Assembly (NCBI GenBank): GCA_018653605.1
Contig: JABHYY010000004.1
Coordinates: 1 to 62,837 of the forward strand
Direction: 5' to 3'
Source: an archaeon
GTDB taxonomy: Archaea > Nanobdellota > Nanobdellia > SCGC-AAA011-G17 > GW2011-AR17
DNA: 62,837 nucleotides
Under the pieces are notes generated by a model that did no database searches, was not told the DNA's origin, and saw only the letters and a program-made list of their open reading frames with translations. Position 1 is the stretch's first letter. The number at the start of each line of letters is the position of its first letter. Shown one piece after another: positions 40,518-50,631 of this stretch. The position numbers were made by a program, and so were the translations under genes.

Positions 40518-41502
40518 CCTGCACCTCCTTCAAACTAATATAACCACCAACAATTCCAACCTTCTTAACTTTACCAATCTCTCTCTCCAACAAACCAGCA
40601 AACTGTCCATCATTCATCTCAATTACAATAACCTCTTCATACTTCTTAGCAACCTTTTTCAATTCATCAAGAACAGGATACAATCTAATTGGCCTAAAAA
40701 AATCATAACCTTCTAACTCCATAACAACTCTAGAAACAACACCAAAACAAACAATCAACTTATCATTTCCATTATCAACATGTTCATAATAATTATACTT
40801 CTTTACAACCTCATCTCTTTTATCTTTAACTTGTTTTAACCATTTTTTATAATAATCAGGATCTTTAGTTTTAGGATTACCTTTTTCATCAGTTAACAAA
40901 CCAGAAACATGTCCAATACCAGTCCCAATACTTTTCATATCTCTATCAACACCTTTAATTTCAATATCTTTTATATCAATATCTTCATACATGTGACTCA
41001 AAAAAGCATCACCTAAAAGAATAACAGGTTGCCTAGCTTCTTCAGCACAATTAAAAGCTTCAATAGTATAAACATACATCTCTTCAACAGAATTTGGATA
41101 GAACACTATTGGATATGTATCACCATGCGAACCATGACAGCTTTGTAACACATCACCTTGTGATGGTAGTGTTGGCATTCCAGTACTAGGACCCACTCTT
41201 TGAGAATTGAAAATCACCATTGGAAGTTCAGCTGAATAACCATAACCAATCCCTTCTTGCATTAAAGAAAAACCTGGACCAGAAGTTGCAGTCAGAACTT
41301 TCTTTCCAGCTAATGAAGCACCAATACACATGTTAACTGAAGCAATTTCATCCTCAGCATTAACAAAAGCTAAGTTTTTTTCTTTTGATAAGTAATGCAT
41401 AACTTCAGATGCAGGTGTGATTGGATAACCAGCATAAAATCCTAAGCCAGCTTTCAATGCACCCAATGCTACAGCTTCATTTCCCATTAACAACTTTTTC
41501 AT
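40495..41502 (-). CDS. korA: 2-oxoacid:ferredoxin oxidoreductase alpha subunit
   Basis: GNEA, GYPITP, EDEI, TSGPG.SLM.E, QR.GPSTG.PT; start moved to MKKLLMGNE. Confidence 0.9.
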   Translation of the reverse strand: MKKLLMGNEAVALGALKAGLGFYAGYPITPASEVMHYLSKEKNLAFVNAEDEIASVNMCIGASLAGKKVLTATSGPGFSLMQEGIGYGYSAELPMVIFNSQRVGPSTGMPTLPSQGDVLQSCHGSHGDTYPIVFYPNSVEEMYVYTIEAFNCAEEARQPVILLGDAFLSHMYEDIDIKDIEIKGVDRDMKSIGTGIGHVSGLLTDEKGNPKTKDPDYYKKWLKQVKDKRDEVVKKYNYYEHVDNGNDKLIVCFGVVSRVVMELEGYDFFRPIRLYPVLDELKKVAKKYEEVIVIEMNDGQFAGLLEREIGKVKKVGIVGGYISLKEVQDALHNSI

Positions 41503-41590
41503 ACATGGTTTACAAAATTTCAAGTATAAAAAGATTGTGCCTCTGAGATAAACAAAAACTTTATAAACACATACTACATTTATATAACAT

Positions 41591-42127
41591 ATGCTACAAA
41601 ATTGTAATATAATAAAAACAGCATCAATCTTCTTCAAAGAACCAACTAAACAGCATTATCTAATAGAAATATCAAGAAAAACAGGAATTGCACACACTTC
41701 AACAAAACAACACTTAAAACAATTAATTAAATTAGAATTAATAAACAAAACAAAAGAAAAAAGAGGAAAAAGATACTTCCCCTTATACAAAGCAAACTTT
41801 AATGATGAAATTTTTAAGAAATATAAAACTTTTTACAATATTTACTCTTTAGAACAGTCTGGATTAATAGAATATTTAACAAGAAAATTAACTCCTGGGT
41901 GTATAGTTCTGTTTGGAAGTTATCAAAGAGGAGAAGATATAGAGAATAGTGATATAGATCTTTTTGTAGAAACAGGAGAAAAAGAGATTAATCTTAAAAA
42001 ATATGAAAAAACTCTTAATAGAGAGATACAAATTCATTTTAAAAAATCTTTTAAATTATTTCATAAAGGATTAAAAAATAATATAGCAAATGGAATAATT
42101 CTTGAAGGATTTTTAGATGCATTCTGA
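41591..42127 (+). CDS. HTH + minimal nucleotidyltransferase (MNT antitoxin-like)
   Basis: LFGSY.RGED...SDIDL; N-terminal HTH. Confidence 0.88.
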   Translation: MLQNCNIIKTASIFFKEPTKQHYLIEISRKTGIAHTSTKQHLKQLIKLELINKTKEKRGKRYFPLYKANFNDEIFKKYKTFYNIYSLEQSGLIEYLTRKLTPGCIVLFGSYQRGEDIENSDIDLFVETGEKEINLKKYEKTLNREIQIHFKKSFKLFHKGLKNNIANGIILEGFLDAF

Positions 42128-42204
42128 AAGATTTCCATAAAACCTGAAAGATTTCCGGAAAATCCAACCTCGTTTTTATAAAAAATAATAGTTTTATACA
42201 TAAT
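42125..42204 (+). promoter_or_regulatory. Second copy of the TTTCC element plus TATA, upstream of HEPN-like gene
   Basis: 42132..42159 matches 6025..6052; TTATAAAAA at 42176. Confidence 0.6.
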
Positions 42205-42606
42205 ATGATACTGACCAATGTAAAACCTGACAAAGAAAAAGCAAAATATCTTTTACAAATAGTAAATCAAACACAAGAAAGGTTGAATCTATTTAACAAA
42301 GAAGCATTTGCTTCAAACACATTAACAGATTATTATGATATTTTACATCAGCTTATGGAAGCAATTACTTGTTTAGATGGGATTAAATTCAAAGGAGAGT
42401 CAGCTCACTACCAATTAATAAAATACATTTGTAAAAAATACAAATTATCACAAAAAAGCTCTTTTTTACAAAACATAAGAATTTATAGAAACAAAGTTTG
42501 CTATGAGGGTTTACAAATAAATAAAAACTACATCAAACTTAATCACAAACAAATAGAAAAGATAATTTCCTTCCTAAAAGAGATAATCAAACAAAAACTC
42601 AAATAA
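42205..42606 (+). CDS. HEPN-like protein (partner of MNT)
   Basis: Helical; YY...H, H..LI, R..RN...Y variant motif; follows MNT. Confidence 0.7.
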   Translation: MILTNVKPDKEKAKYLLQIVNQTQERLNLFNKEAFASNTLTDYYDILHQLMEAITCLDGIKFKGESAHYQLIKYICKKYKLSQKSSFLQNIRIYRNKVCYEGLQINKNYIKLNHKQIEKIISFLKEIIKQKLK

Positions 42607-43237
42607 CCATACGAGCATCAACAACCTTGCCACCACGAGAACTAATCACAAAAGGATTAATATCCAACTCTTTAATCTCAGGATACTTAGAAACTATCTT
42701 AGAAACATTAACCAAGGTCTTCTTCAACAACCTAATATCAACACCTTTCTCACCACGAACACCAAAGAGCAAATCCTTCATCTTCAACTCACCAATCATT
42801 TCATTAGCATCCTGCAAACTAATCGGACAAACTCTAAAAGTAATATCTTTCATATACTCAGTATAAATCCCACCCATTCCCAAAGCAATAGCATGACCAA
42901 AAACAGGATCTTCTTTCAAACCAATTAACACAGACTGTCCTTCAATATACTCTTGAACCATAATACCTTCAAACTTTAATCTTCTAAATTTAACAATCTT
43001 AATCAAAGAATTAAACTCATCTTCCAACTCCAACCTATTCTTAACCAACCGAACACCATGAATATCAGATTTGTGCAACGCATCTTTTGAAATAATCTTC
43101 AGAACCAAAGGATATCCAACCTTTCTACAAGCTTTTTCACACTCATACCAAGTTTTCACCAATTTGTGCTTAGCAACCTTAACATACTTCTTCAAAAACT
43201 TCTCTGTTTCAAACTCAGTATACACCCCTTGTTTCAT
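42599..43237 (-). CDS. acdB: ADP-forming acyl-CoA synthetase beta subunit (ATP-grasp)
   Basis: GYPLVLK..S....HKSD..GV, DP.FG, ELDINP, VDAR. Confidence 0.9.
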   Translation of the reverse strand: MKQGVYTEFETEKFLKKYVKVAKHKLVKTWYECEKACRKVGYPLVLKIISKDALHKSDIHGVRLVKNRLELEDEFNSLIKIVKFRRLKFEGIMVQEYIEGQSVLIGLKEDPVFGHAIALGMGGIYTEYMKDITFRVCPISLQDANEMIGELKMKDLLFGVRGEKGVDIRLLKKTLVNVSKIVSKYPEIKELDINPFVISSRGGKVVDARMVI

Positions 43238-43311
43238 ACTACATTATAGGTCCATAATATTTATAACTGTTTCCCATAGATTTATTAAAACAGAGGTTCT
43301 TTACAAATAAA

Positions 43312-43764
43312 ATGGAAGATAAACAAGTCGGATACTTAATCCTTGGATTTTGCTTTGCTATATTATTCTTAATAATATCTTATGATATTAGTTTAGCTCA
43401 GATAGTAAATGAAGGATGTTCACATGGTTCTGAATGTCCTATGTATGGAACATTACAATTACAAAGAACAATCAGTTTTACTTTACTAGGAATATTAACA
43501 TTATCAGGTTTATACTTTATATTCAATAAAAAAATATACAAAATAACAAAAGAAAGAACAAGAAACAATATTCCATTATCAAGTGAAGAGAAACAAGTAG
43601 TAGGGATATTGAAAAGCAATGACAACTCGGTCTACCAATCAGAGCTAATTAAACACACTGACAAATCAAAAGTACAGATTACAAGAATTCTTGATAGATT
43701 AGAAGCTAAGAAAGTCATTGAAAGAAAAAGAAGAGGCATGACTAACATTATAATTTTAAAGTAA
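43312..43764 (+). CDS. Membrane-anchored wHTH regulator with Cys/His/Met loop
   Basis: TM-CSHGSECPM-TM, then QSEL...SK...TRILD.LE.K..IERKR.GMTN. Confidence 0.82.
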   Translation: MEDKQVGYLILGFCFAILFLIISYDISLAQIVNEGCSHGSECPMYGTLQLQRTISFTLLGILTLSGLYFIFNKKIYKITKERTRNNIPLSSEEKQVVGILKSNDNSVYQSELIKHTDKSKVQITRILDRLEAKKVIERKRRGMTNIIILK

Positions 43765-43957
43765 TTGCTCCATGTTTACAAGCTTCAACACAAGCACCAC
43801 AACCAGTACATTTGTCTTCATGAAATTCAATAATCTGTTTTCTTTCTAAAGCTTCAGTAGGACAAACTTCAACACAACCTTCACATGTTCCCTTACATGA
43901 ACACTGTGTGCATTTACCTTCTTTCCAGCAACATTTTTCATAATCTATTTTAATCAT
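43748..43957 (-). CDS. 2[4Fe-4S]-type ferredoxin with Cys-rich insertion
   Basis: CEGCVEVCP and CTGCGACVEAC; 12 Cys in 69 aa. Confidence 0.85.
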   Translation of the reverse strand: MIKIDYEKCCWKEGKCTQCSCKGTCEGCVEVCPTEALERKQIIEFHEDKCTGCGACVEACKHGAITLKL

Positions 43958-44049
43958 AATAAATAGACTAAGACTAATATTTATATAATTTTTGTTAAGA
44001 AACTAGTTTCACTACATCCTTTATAAGGGGTTTCAAACACCCAATTGGA

Positions 44050-45456
44050 ATGGAAACAAAATCTTTCAGAATTAGTGGCATGGTATGCCACAGTTGCGAG
44101 AAAGTAATCATAAATGAAGCAAAAGATTTCAAAGGAGTAAAAGACTTCAAAGTTGATTACAAAACACAAAAAGCAACAGTCACATTTGATCCAAAACAAA
44201 CCAGCCTAAATAAGATCTTCTCACAAATTGAAGAAAATGGTTATTCTTGCTCAACTAAAGGTAAGAAGAACTGGTTAGGTTGGGCATTTGGAACAATTGG
44301 AGTAATTATTCTTTTTTATTTTATATTACAATTATCAAACACATTTGAATTACCACAAATAAGTTCAGGAATGGGCTATGGCTTACTTTTCGTAGTAGGT
44401 TTACTAACAGGATTACATTGTGTTAGCATGTGCGGTGGCTTTGTACTATCTTATACAGCAAAAGATGCACAAGAAGGAAGAAAATCATATCTTTCACATT
44501 TCAGATATGGCCTAGGTAAAACAATCTCTTACACTTTAATAGGTGCAATGTTTGGTCTGTTAGGTTCAATAATAGCATTCACACCAACAATGCGAGGAAT
44601 TGCAGGTTTACTAGCAGGATTATTTTTAATCTTATTTGGATTGAAGATGTTAAACATAGTTCCTGCTTTGAGCAAGATTCAATTCACAACACCCAAATTC
44701 ATTTCTCAATTTGTTGGAAAGAATAGTAAAAACTCAAGTCCATTAGTAATTGGTCTGTTAAATGGTCTAATGATAGCTTGTGGTCCCCTTCAGGCTATAT
44801 ATATCATGGCAGCAGGAACTGGAAGTATGATCGAAGGTGCAAAACTTCTTTTCATCTTTGCATTAGGAACACTTCCAGTAATGCTTGGGTTTGGATTCTT
44901 TTCAACATTTGTTTCAAGCAAACTAACAAACAAGTTAATCAGAGCCTCAGGAATTATAGTTATAGTCTTAGGACTTTTCATGATCAACAATGGTTTAGCT
45001 TTAACAGGAACAGGTTATGATTTTAACACATTAACAACATCAGTTTCAGCAAACTTTTTAGCAGGAAATGCAAACTCAGAAAACCTTCCATCAATTGTAA
45101 ATGGTTACCAAGAGATAAGAATGGATGTAGATGGAGGTTTTATCCCTAACCAGTTCATCCTACAAGAAGACATCCCTGTGAAATGGATAATTGATGGGAT
45201 AGGAATAACTGGTTGTAATAATGCAATCCAAGTTCCAGAGTACGATTTATATTTTGATATTGTACCAGGAGAACAAACAATAGAGTTCACACCAACAGAA
45301 ACAGGAACAGTATCTTGGAGTTGTTGGATGGGAATGATCCCAGGAACTTTTATTGTTGTTGAAGACTTAGGTACAACAGAAGTAGAAGCAACATTAAACT
45401 CAGCTCCAGCACCAACCGGTGGAGGTTGTGGTGGTGGCTGTGGATGTGGAGGATAA
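44050..45456 (+). CDS. HMA + DsbD_2/TauE-like membrane + cupredoxin-like fusion
   Basis: GMVCHSC; HCVSMCG and CGPLQ; GC...SCWMGM; GGGCGGGCGCGG tail. Confidence 0.85.
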   Translation: METKSFRISGMVCHSCEKVIINEAKDFKGVKDFKVDYKTQKATVTFDPKQTSLNKIFSQIEENGYSCSTKGKKNWLGWAFGTIGVIILFYFILQLSNTFELPQISSGMGYGLLFVVGLLTGLHCVSMCGGFVLSYTAKDAQEGRKSYLSHFRYGLGKTISYTLIGAMFGLLGSIIAFTPTMRGIAGLLAGLFLILFGLKMLNIVPALSKIQFTTPKFISQFVGKNSKNSSPLVIGLLNGLMIACGPLQAIYIMAAGTGSMIEGAKLLFIFALGTLPVMLGFGFFSTFVSSKLTNKLIRASGIIVIVLGLFMINNGLALTGTGYDFNTLTTSVSANFLAGNANSENLPSIVNGYQEIRMDVDGGFIPNQFILQEDIPVKWIIDGIGITGCNNAIQVPEYDLYFDIVPGEQTIEFTPTETGTVSWSCWMGMIPGTFIVVEDLGTTEVEATLNSAPAPTGGGCGGGCGCGG

Positions 45457-45458
45457 AA

Positions 45459-45758
45459 ATGAAAAAAATATTATTATTAGGAATTATCATGCTGGCACTA
45501 ATAACAGCATGTAGTCAATCACCAACAAGTAATGCAGTTGCTACAGGAGAACAAGAGTTGACATTAGAGGTTGACATACCTTGCCCTGGACATGCTTCAC
45601 TAATTACACAAGAGTTATATACAATAAATGGTGTAATAGATGTTAAGTACAGTTCACCAAACATTTATGATATAACATATGATTCAACAGTAACAAGTGA
45701 AGAAGAAATTCAAAGCTTAGATGTATTCAATGAATACCCTTGCCAAGAAATTAAATGA
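45459..45758 (+). CDS. Lipoprotein with HMA-like domain (CPGH)
   Basis: ITAC lipobox, IPCPGHA..I...L....GV; GGAGG RBS supports this start. Confidence 0.75.
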   Translation: MKKILLLGIIMLALITACSQSPTSNAVATGEQELTLEVDIPCPGHASLITQELYTINGVIDVKYSSPNIYDITYDSTVTSEEEIQSLDVFNEYPCQEIK

Positions 45759-47908
45759 AAAAAACAGAACTACAAATAACTGGAATGCATTGTGCTAGCT
45801 GTGCTGCTAACATAAACAAAACTTTAGACAATTTAAAACAAGTCAAAGAAGCTAATGTTAACTTTTCAACAGCAAAAGCAACTATCATGCACAGTAACAA
45901 AATAACAAATAAACAATTAATTAAAAAAGTTGAATCCTTAGGCTTCAAAGCAAGCATAGCACAAGGCAATGCTTTTGAAAAGCAAGCAAAACAACAAAAA
46001 AAAGAAATAAAACATTATAGAAACACTTTTTTATTCTCTTTAATATTTGCAATACCAGCATTTATTATAGGAATGATTTTTATGTGGTTCAACATAAACA
46101 TTCCTTACAATGATTATATTTTATGGTTCTTAGCAACACCAATTCAATTTGGAGTTGGATATCAGTTTTACAAAGGAACCTGGAATGCAATAAAAAGTAA
46201 AACAGCAAATATGGACTCTTTGATAGCATTAGGTACAACAGCTGCATACTTATTCAGTGTATATGCAGTACTATTCAATCCTTCTTTAGGACAATACTTT
46301 GAAACTTCAGCAATACTAATCACTTTAGTTGTAATGGGAAGATGGTTTGAAGCAATTGCAAAAGGTAAAACATCAGATGCAATAAAAAAACTAATGAACT
46401 TAGCACCAAAAACAGCAACAGTAAAAAGAAAAGGTAAATACATCCAAGTTCCAGTTGAACAAATAAAACTTGGAGACATAATTATAGTAAAGCCTGGAGA
46501 AAGGATTCCAGTTGATGGTTTAGTACTTTCAGGTCATTCAACAGTAAATGAATCAATGATTACAGGAGAATCAATCCCAATTGAAAAGAAAAAAGGTGAC
46601 AAAGTAATATCTGCAACAATAAACAAACATGGAACATTGACATTCAAAGCAACTGCAGTTGGTGCAAACACAACTTTAGCACAAATTATAAAACTTATTG
46701 ACGAAGCACAAGGTCAAAAAGCACCAATCCAAAGATTTGCAGACACAATTTCTGGATACTTTGTACCAACAGTTATCGCAATAGCTTTAATCACATTCAT
46801 CTCATGGACACTATTTTTTGGTAAACCCATTTCATTTGCATTAATTACAGCAGTTGCAGTGTTAGTGATAGCATGTCCTTGTGCATTAGGTCTAGCAACA
46901 CCAACAGCAATCATGGTAGGCTCTGGAAAAGGAGCAAGAAAAGGAATTCTAATCAAAGGTGGAGAAGCACTAGAAACAGCACACAAACTAAAGTACATTA
47001 TTTTTGACAAAACTGGAACAATAACAAAAGGTGAACCAGAAGTAACAGACATCACAGGAAAATCAACTCTAAAGATTGCAGCATCACTAGAAAAAACATC
47101 AGAACATCCTTTAGCAGAAGCAATTGTAAAAAAATCAAAAACTTTTTTCAAAACAACAGCATTCAAAGCAATTCCAGGACATGGTATTACAGCAAAAATC
47201 AAATCGAAACAATACTGGTTAGGTAATAGAAGATTAATGAAAAGAAACAAAGTAAATATAACTAAGTATGAAAAACAAATAACAAAATTAGAATCACAAG
47301 GTAAAACAGTAATGATCTTAGCAGACAAGAAAGTAATAGGATTAATTGCAGTTGCAGACACAATAAGAAAAACCTCACCAAGAGCAATCAAACAATTAAA
47401 AGAGCTTGGACTAAAAGTTTACATGATCACTGGTGACAATGAAAAAACAGCAAAAGCAATTGCAAAAAAAGCAGGGATAAACAATGTTTTCGCAGAAGTT
47501 CTACCAAAAGACAAAGCAAACTATGTTAAGAAGTTACAAAGAAAAGGAAAAGTTGCAATGATTGGAGATGGTATCAATGATGCCATTGCATTAGCACAAG
47601 CAGACATAGGCATTGCAATGGGTTCAGGAACAGATGTAGCAATGGAAACAGGAAACATAGTATTAATGAAAAATGATCTTTTAGATGTACCTAGGTCAAT
47701 CAAACTAAGTAAACAAACAATGAGCAAAATCAAACAAAACATGTTTTGGGCACTTTTCTACAATTCAATGGGTATCCCTATTGCAGCAGGAGTGCTTTAC
47801 CCTTTCACAGGCTGGTTACTATCTCCAATAATAGCTGCAGGTGCAATGGCTTTGAGCTCAGTTAGCGTTGTAACAAACTCTCTCCTACTAAAAGGGAAAA
47901 AACTCTAA
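45755..47908 (+). CDS. copA: Cu(I)-translocating P1B-type ATPase
   Basis: GMHCASC, TGES, CPC, DKTGT, SEHP, GDGIND, YN, MALSS. Confidence 0.95.
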   Translation: MKKTELQITGMHCASCAANINKTLDNLKQVKEANVNFSTAKATIMHSNKITNKQLIKKVESLGFKASIAQGNAFEKQAKQQKKEIKHYRNTFLFSLIFAIPAFIIGMIFMWFNINIPYNDYILWFLATPIQFGVGYQFYKGTWNAIKSKTANMDSLIALGTTAAYLFSVYAVLFNPSLGQYFETSAILITLVVMGRWFEAIAKGKTSDAIKKLMNLAPKTATVKRKGKYIQVPVEQIKLGDIIIVKPGERIPVDGLVLSGHSTVNESMITGESIPIEKKKGDKVISATINKHGTLTFKATAVGANTTLAQIIKLIDEAQGQKAPIQRFADTISGYFVPTVIAIALITFISWTLFFGKPISFALITAVAVLVIACPCALGLATPTAIMVGSGKGARKGILIKGGEALETAHKLKYIIFDKTGTITKGEPEVTDITGKSTLKIAASLEKTSEHPLAEAIVKKSKTFFKTTAFKAIPGHGITAKIKSKQYWLGNRRLMKRNKVNITKYEKQITKLESQGKTVMILADKKVIGLIAVADTIRKTSPRAIKQLKELGLKVYMITGDNEKTAKAIAKKAGINNVFAEVLPKDKANYVKKLQRKGKVAMIGDGINDAIALAQADIGIAMGSGTDVAMETGNIVLMKNDLLDVPRSIKLSKQTMSKIKQNMFWALFYNSMGIPIAAGVLYPFTGWLLSPIIAAGAMALSSVSVVTNSLLLKGKKL

Positions 47909-47945
47909 CAAAACTTATTTAAACTTTTTCACCCACAAATTAAAC

Positions 47946-49265
47946 ATGCAAAACTTTTTCACTCCAAAATCAGTAGCAGTAATTGGAGCTTCCAAAAATA
48001 AGAAGAAAATAGGTCACATTATTTTCAAACAAATTATAACTAAATATAAGGGCAAAGTATACCCTATAAATCCTAAAGAAGAAAAGATTCTAAACAAAAA
48101 ATGCTATCCTAGTGTACTTAAGGTAAGAGCAAAGATCGACCTGGCAGTAATTGCAGTACCAGCAAAAGCAGCACTCAATGTAATAGAATCCTGTGGAAAG
48201 AAAAAAATAAGAAACATAATTCTAGTAACTTCAGGTTTCAAAGAGATTGGCAACCATGACCTAGAGAAACAATTATACAATCTACTAAAAAAATACAAAA
48301 TTAAATGTGTGGGACCAAATTGTTTAGGAATATTTGATGCACACTCAAACTTAGACACTCTATTCTTGCCAGAAGAGAAGCTTACAAGGCCAAATAAAGG
48401 CTCAATTTCATTCATTTCACAATCAGGAGCATTAGGCTCAGCATTAGTTGATCTTGCAGCATACGAAGGCTATGGCTTTGCAAAGTTCATCTCATATGGT
48501 AATGCAACAAACTTAGATGAATCAGACTACTTAGAATACCTAGACAAAGATCCCAAAACAAAAGTAATCTGTTTATACATTGAAGGAATCAAAGATGGAA
48601 AAAGATTTATCAGAACTTGTAAAAGAATAAAAAAACCAATAATTGTAATCAAAGGTGGTAAAACAAAAAAAGGTTCAGAAGCAACTCTTTCACACACAGG
48701 ATCAATGGCTGGCGCTTACAACATTTACAAAGGCGCATTCAAACAATCAAACCTAATTGTAGCAGACTCTTTAGAACAAATGTTTCACATTGCTAAACTC
48801 TTTATCACCTGTCCAAAACCTAAAGGGGATAGAGTACAAGTTATCACAAATGGTGGTGGCTATGGCATTGTTACTGCAGATGGATTAGAATTAAACAACA
48901 TTCCTTTAGCAAAACTTAGCAATAGAACAACAAAAAAGTTAAAAAAATCCTTACCAGAAATTTGCACAATTTCAAACCCAATGGACTTAGTTGGAGATGC
49001 AGACACAAAAAGATACAAATTAGCAATTGGAACTTGTCTAAGAGATAAAAACAATGATATTTTACTAGTAATTTTATTACCACAAACACCTTTGATAACA
49101 AAAGATGTAATAAAAATATTCAAAAAAACAAAAAAACCAATTCTTTTGGTTATGACAGGTGGAAAACAAACTCAACAGTTCAAAAAAGTTTTAGAAGATC
49201 ATGGTTTACCAGTTTTCGATTTCCCAGATCATGCAGTCAAAGCTTTGAAAAAGTACCTTACTTAA
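47946..49265 (+). CDS. acdA: ADP-forming acyl-CoA synthetase alpha subunit
   Basis: PKSVAVIGAS, GPNCLG, SQSGA, SHTGS, TNGGG.G, NPMDL.GDA. Confidence 0.9.
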   Translation: MQNFFTPKSVAVIGASKNKKKIGHIIFKQIITKYKGKVYPINPKEEKILNKKCYPSVLKVRAKIDLAVIAVPAKAALNVIESCGKKKIRNIILVTSGFKEIGNHDLEKQLYNLLKKYKIKCVGPNCLGIFDAHSNLDTLFLPEEKLTRPNKGSISFISQSGALGSALVDLAAYEGYGFAKFISYGNATNLDESDYLEYLDKDPKTKVICLYIEGIKDGKRFIRTCKRIKKPIIVIKGGKTKKGSEATLSHTGSMAGAYNIYKGAFKQSNLIVADSLEQMFHIAKLFITCPKPKGDRVQVITNGGGYGIVTADGLELNNIPLAKLSNRTTKKLKKSLPEICTISNPMDLVGDADTKRYKLAIGTCLRDKNNDILLVILLPQTPLITKDVIKIFKKTKKPILLVMTGGKQTQQFKKVLEDHGLPVFDFPDHAVKALKKYLT

Positions 49266-49269
49266 TTTT

Positions 49270-49566
49270 CTACTTATTTCTATAAATTATTACTTGATAA
49301 ACAATCATTCCTGTGGTTATAATTCCAACACCTTGTCCTAATATAAGCACCCAATCTCCTTGAAGTGCACCATGCAAAGTCCATAATATATACGATACAA
49401 ATGCAAGTACTATAAAGATTGTAGATAAACCTCTGGTAGATTTTCTTTTAAAGTTTTTTCTGAATTGATCAGGAAAACCAATTATTTTCACAAGAATTCC
49501 TATAACAACAGTCAATACACCAATTATTACAGCAAAAGTAATTTCAAAAGGTAACATAATAATCAT
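49270..49566 (-). CDS. SemiSWEET/PQ-loop transporter
   Basis: FPDQ..K..K.KST.GLS, LW..HG; 3 TMs. Confidence 0.8.
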   Translation of the reverse strand: MIIMLPFEITFAVIIGVLTVVIGILVKIIGFPDQFRKNFKRKSTRGLSTIFIVLAFVSYILWTLHGALQGDWVLILGQGVGIITTGMIVYQVIIYRNK

Positions 49567-49614
49567 CTATATTTTATAACTATTTAAAGATATTGTAGAG
49601 CTTTAAAGAAATTC

Positions 49615-49722
49615 TTACTTACTAACAGCTCTCTCAGAACCACCCTTCTTATACACTCTAAACTTTCTCTTCAATTTACCTTCTTTCTTTGTTTTCCTAT
49701 GATCAGAAGTATATTCACCCAT
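49615..49722 (-). CDS. 35-aa highly basic small protein (not in ORF track)
   Basis: MGEYTSDHRKTKKEGKLKRKFRVYKKGGSERAVSK; TTTATAA about 25 nt upstream. Confidence 0.6.
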   Translation of the reverse strand: MGEYTSDHRKTKKEGKLKRKFRVYKKGGSERAVSK

Positions 49723-49812
49723 AAAATAAGCCAATCTAAGCTAAGTTATAAAGATTAACACACTACTAACAGGTAACGAAACCTTTAAATATCACCTTAA
49801 AATCCCATTTTT

Positions 49813-50631
49813 ATGGATAATGTAATAGCTAGTGATGTTGATGGAACTTTAGCCTTTGGAGAAAAAAGTCATGGAATAAGGGTTCTTGAAGAAAATGATA
49901 AAACATATGTAGTTACAACTCCAGATTCATCTACAACTCACCAAGCTTATAGTGTTTCAACAGATAAGTATAAGGTTTATTTAGCACTAGAAACAAGAAG
50001 CCTTCTAAGAACATTAGCAGGAAGACATGACATTGTCCTTGCAACAGCTGCAAGACCTTCTACAGTTTATACAAGAAGAGAATCTTTTGATTTTGTAAAA
50101 ACAGTAGTACTAGAAAATGGTGGAATGATTTTAGATTCAAATTATGAAATTGATAGGGGATGGGAAGCAGAACTTGAACCACAGAGAAAATATTTAAGAG
50201 AAGTACAAGCACAATTAGAAGGTAAAGGTTGGGTTCTTGATCATGAAGGAAGAACATCAGCATTGAGAGTAAGACCAAGAGATAATCCCCACAAAGGAGA
50301 AGATGAATTTGAAGAACTTCGTAGAGAAATACAACTTCCTTTTGAATTAAAAAAAACAGCAAATTTTGGTTGTCTTGATATTATTTTAGAGGGTGCAGGA
50401 AAAGAAAATGCATTAAGATACTTATTTGATAGAGAAGGTTATACAGAAACAAGAGGTATTGGAGATGATATTAATGACATGAGTTTCCTAGATATAACCA
50501 ATGAAAGATTTGTTCTTAGAAATGCAGAACAAGAAGTATTAGACTTAGCAAGAAAGAGAGAATGGTTTGTTTCTAAAAAACCTTATTTTGAAGGAATTAA
50601 TGAAATATTACAACACATTCTTATGAGTTAA
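49813..50631 (+). CDS. HAD-superfamily hydrolase (Cof/class IIB-like)
   Basis: DVDGTL, ATAR, ENGG, GK, GDDIND. Confidence 0.88.
   Translation: MDNVIASDVDGTLAFGEKSHGIRVLEENDKTYVVTTPDSSTTHQAYSVSTDKYKVYLALETRSLLRTLAGRHDIVLATAARPSTVYTRRESFDFVKTVVLENGGMILDSNYEIDRGWEAELEPQRKYLREVQAQLEGKGWVLDHEGRTSALRVRPRDNPHKGEDEFEELRREIQLPFELKKTANFGCLDIILEGAGKENALRYLFDREGYTETRGIGDDINDMSFLDITNERFVLRNAEQEVLDLARKREWFVSKKPYFEGINEILQHILMS

Noticed and set aside
41503-41637. N-terminal extension of korA in the ORF track
   Set aside because: Overlaps the divergent MNT gene and promoter; family similarity starts at 41502
46714-47391. 225-aa antisense ORF
   Set aside because: Antisense to conserved copA; typical shadow ORF
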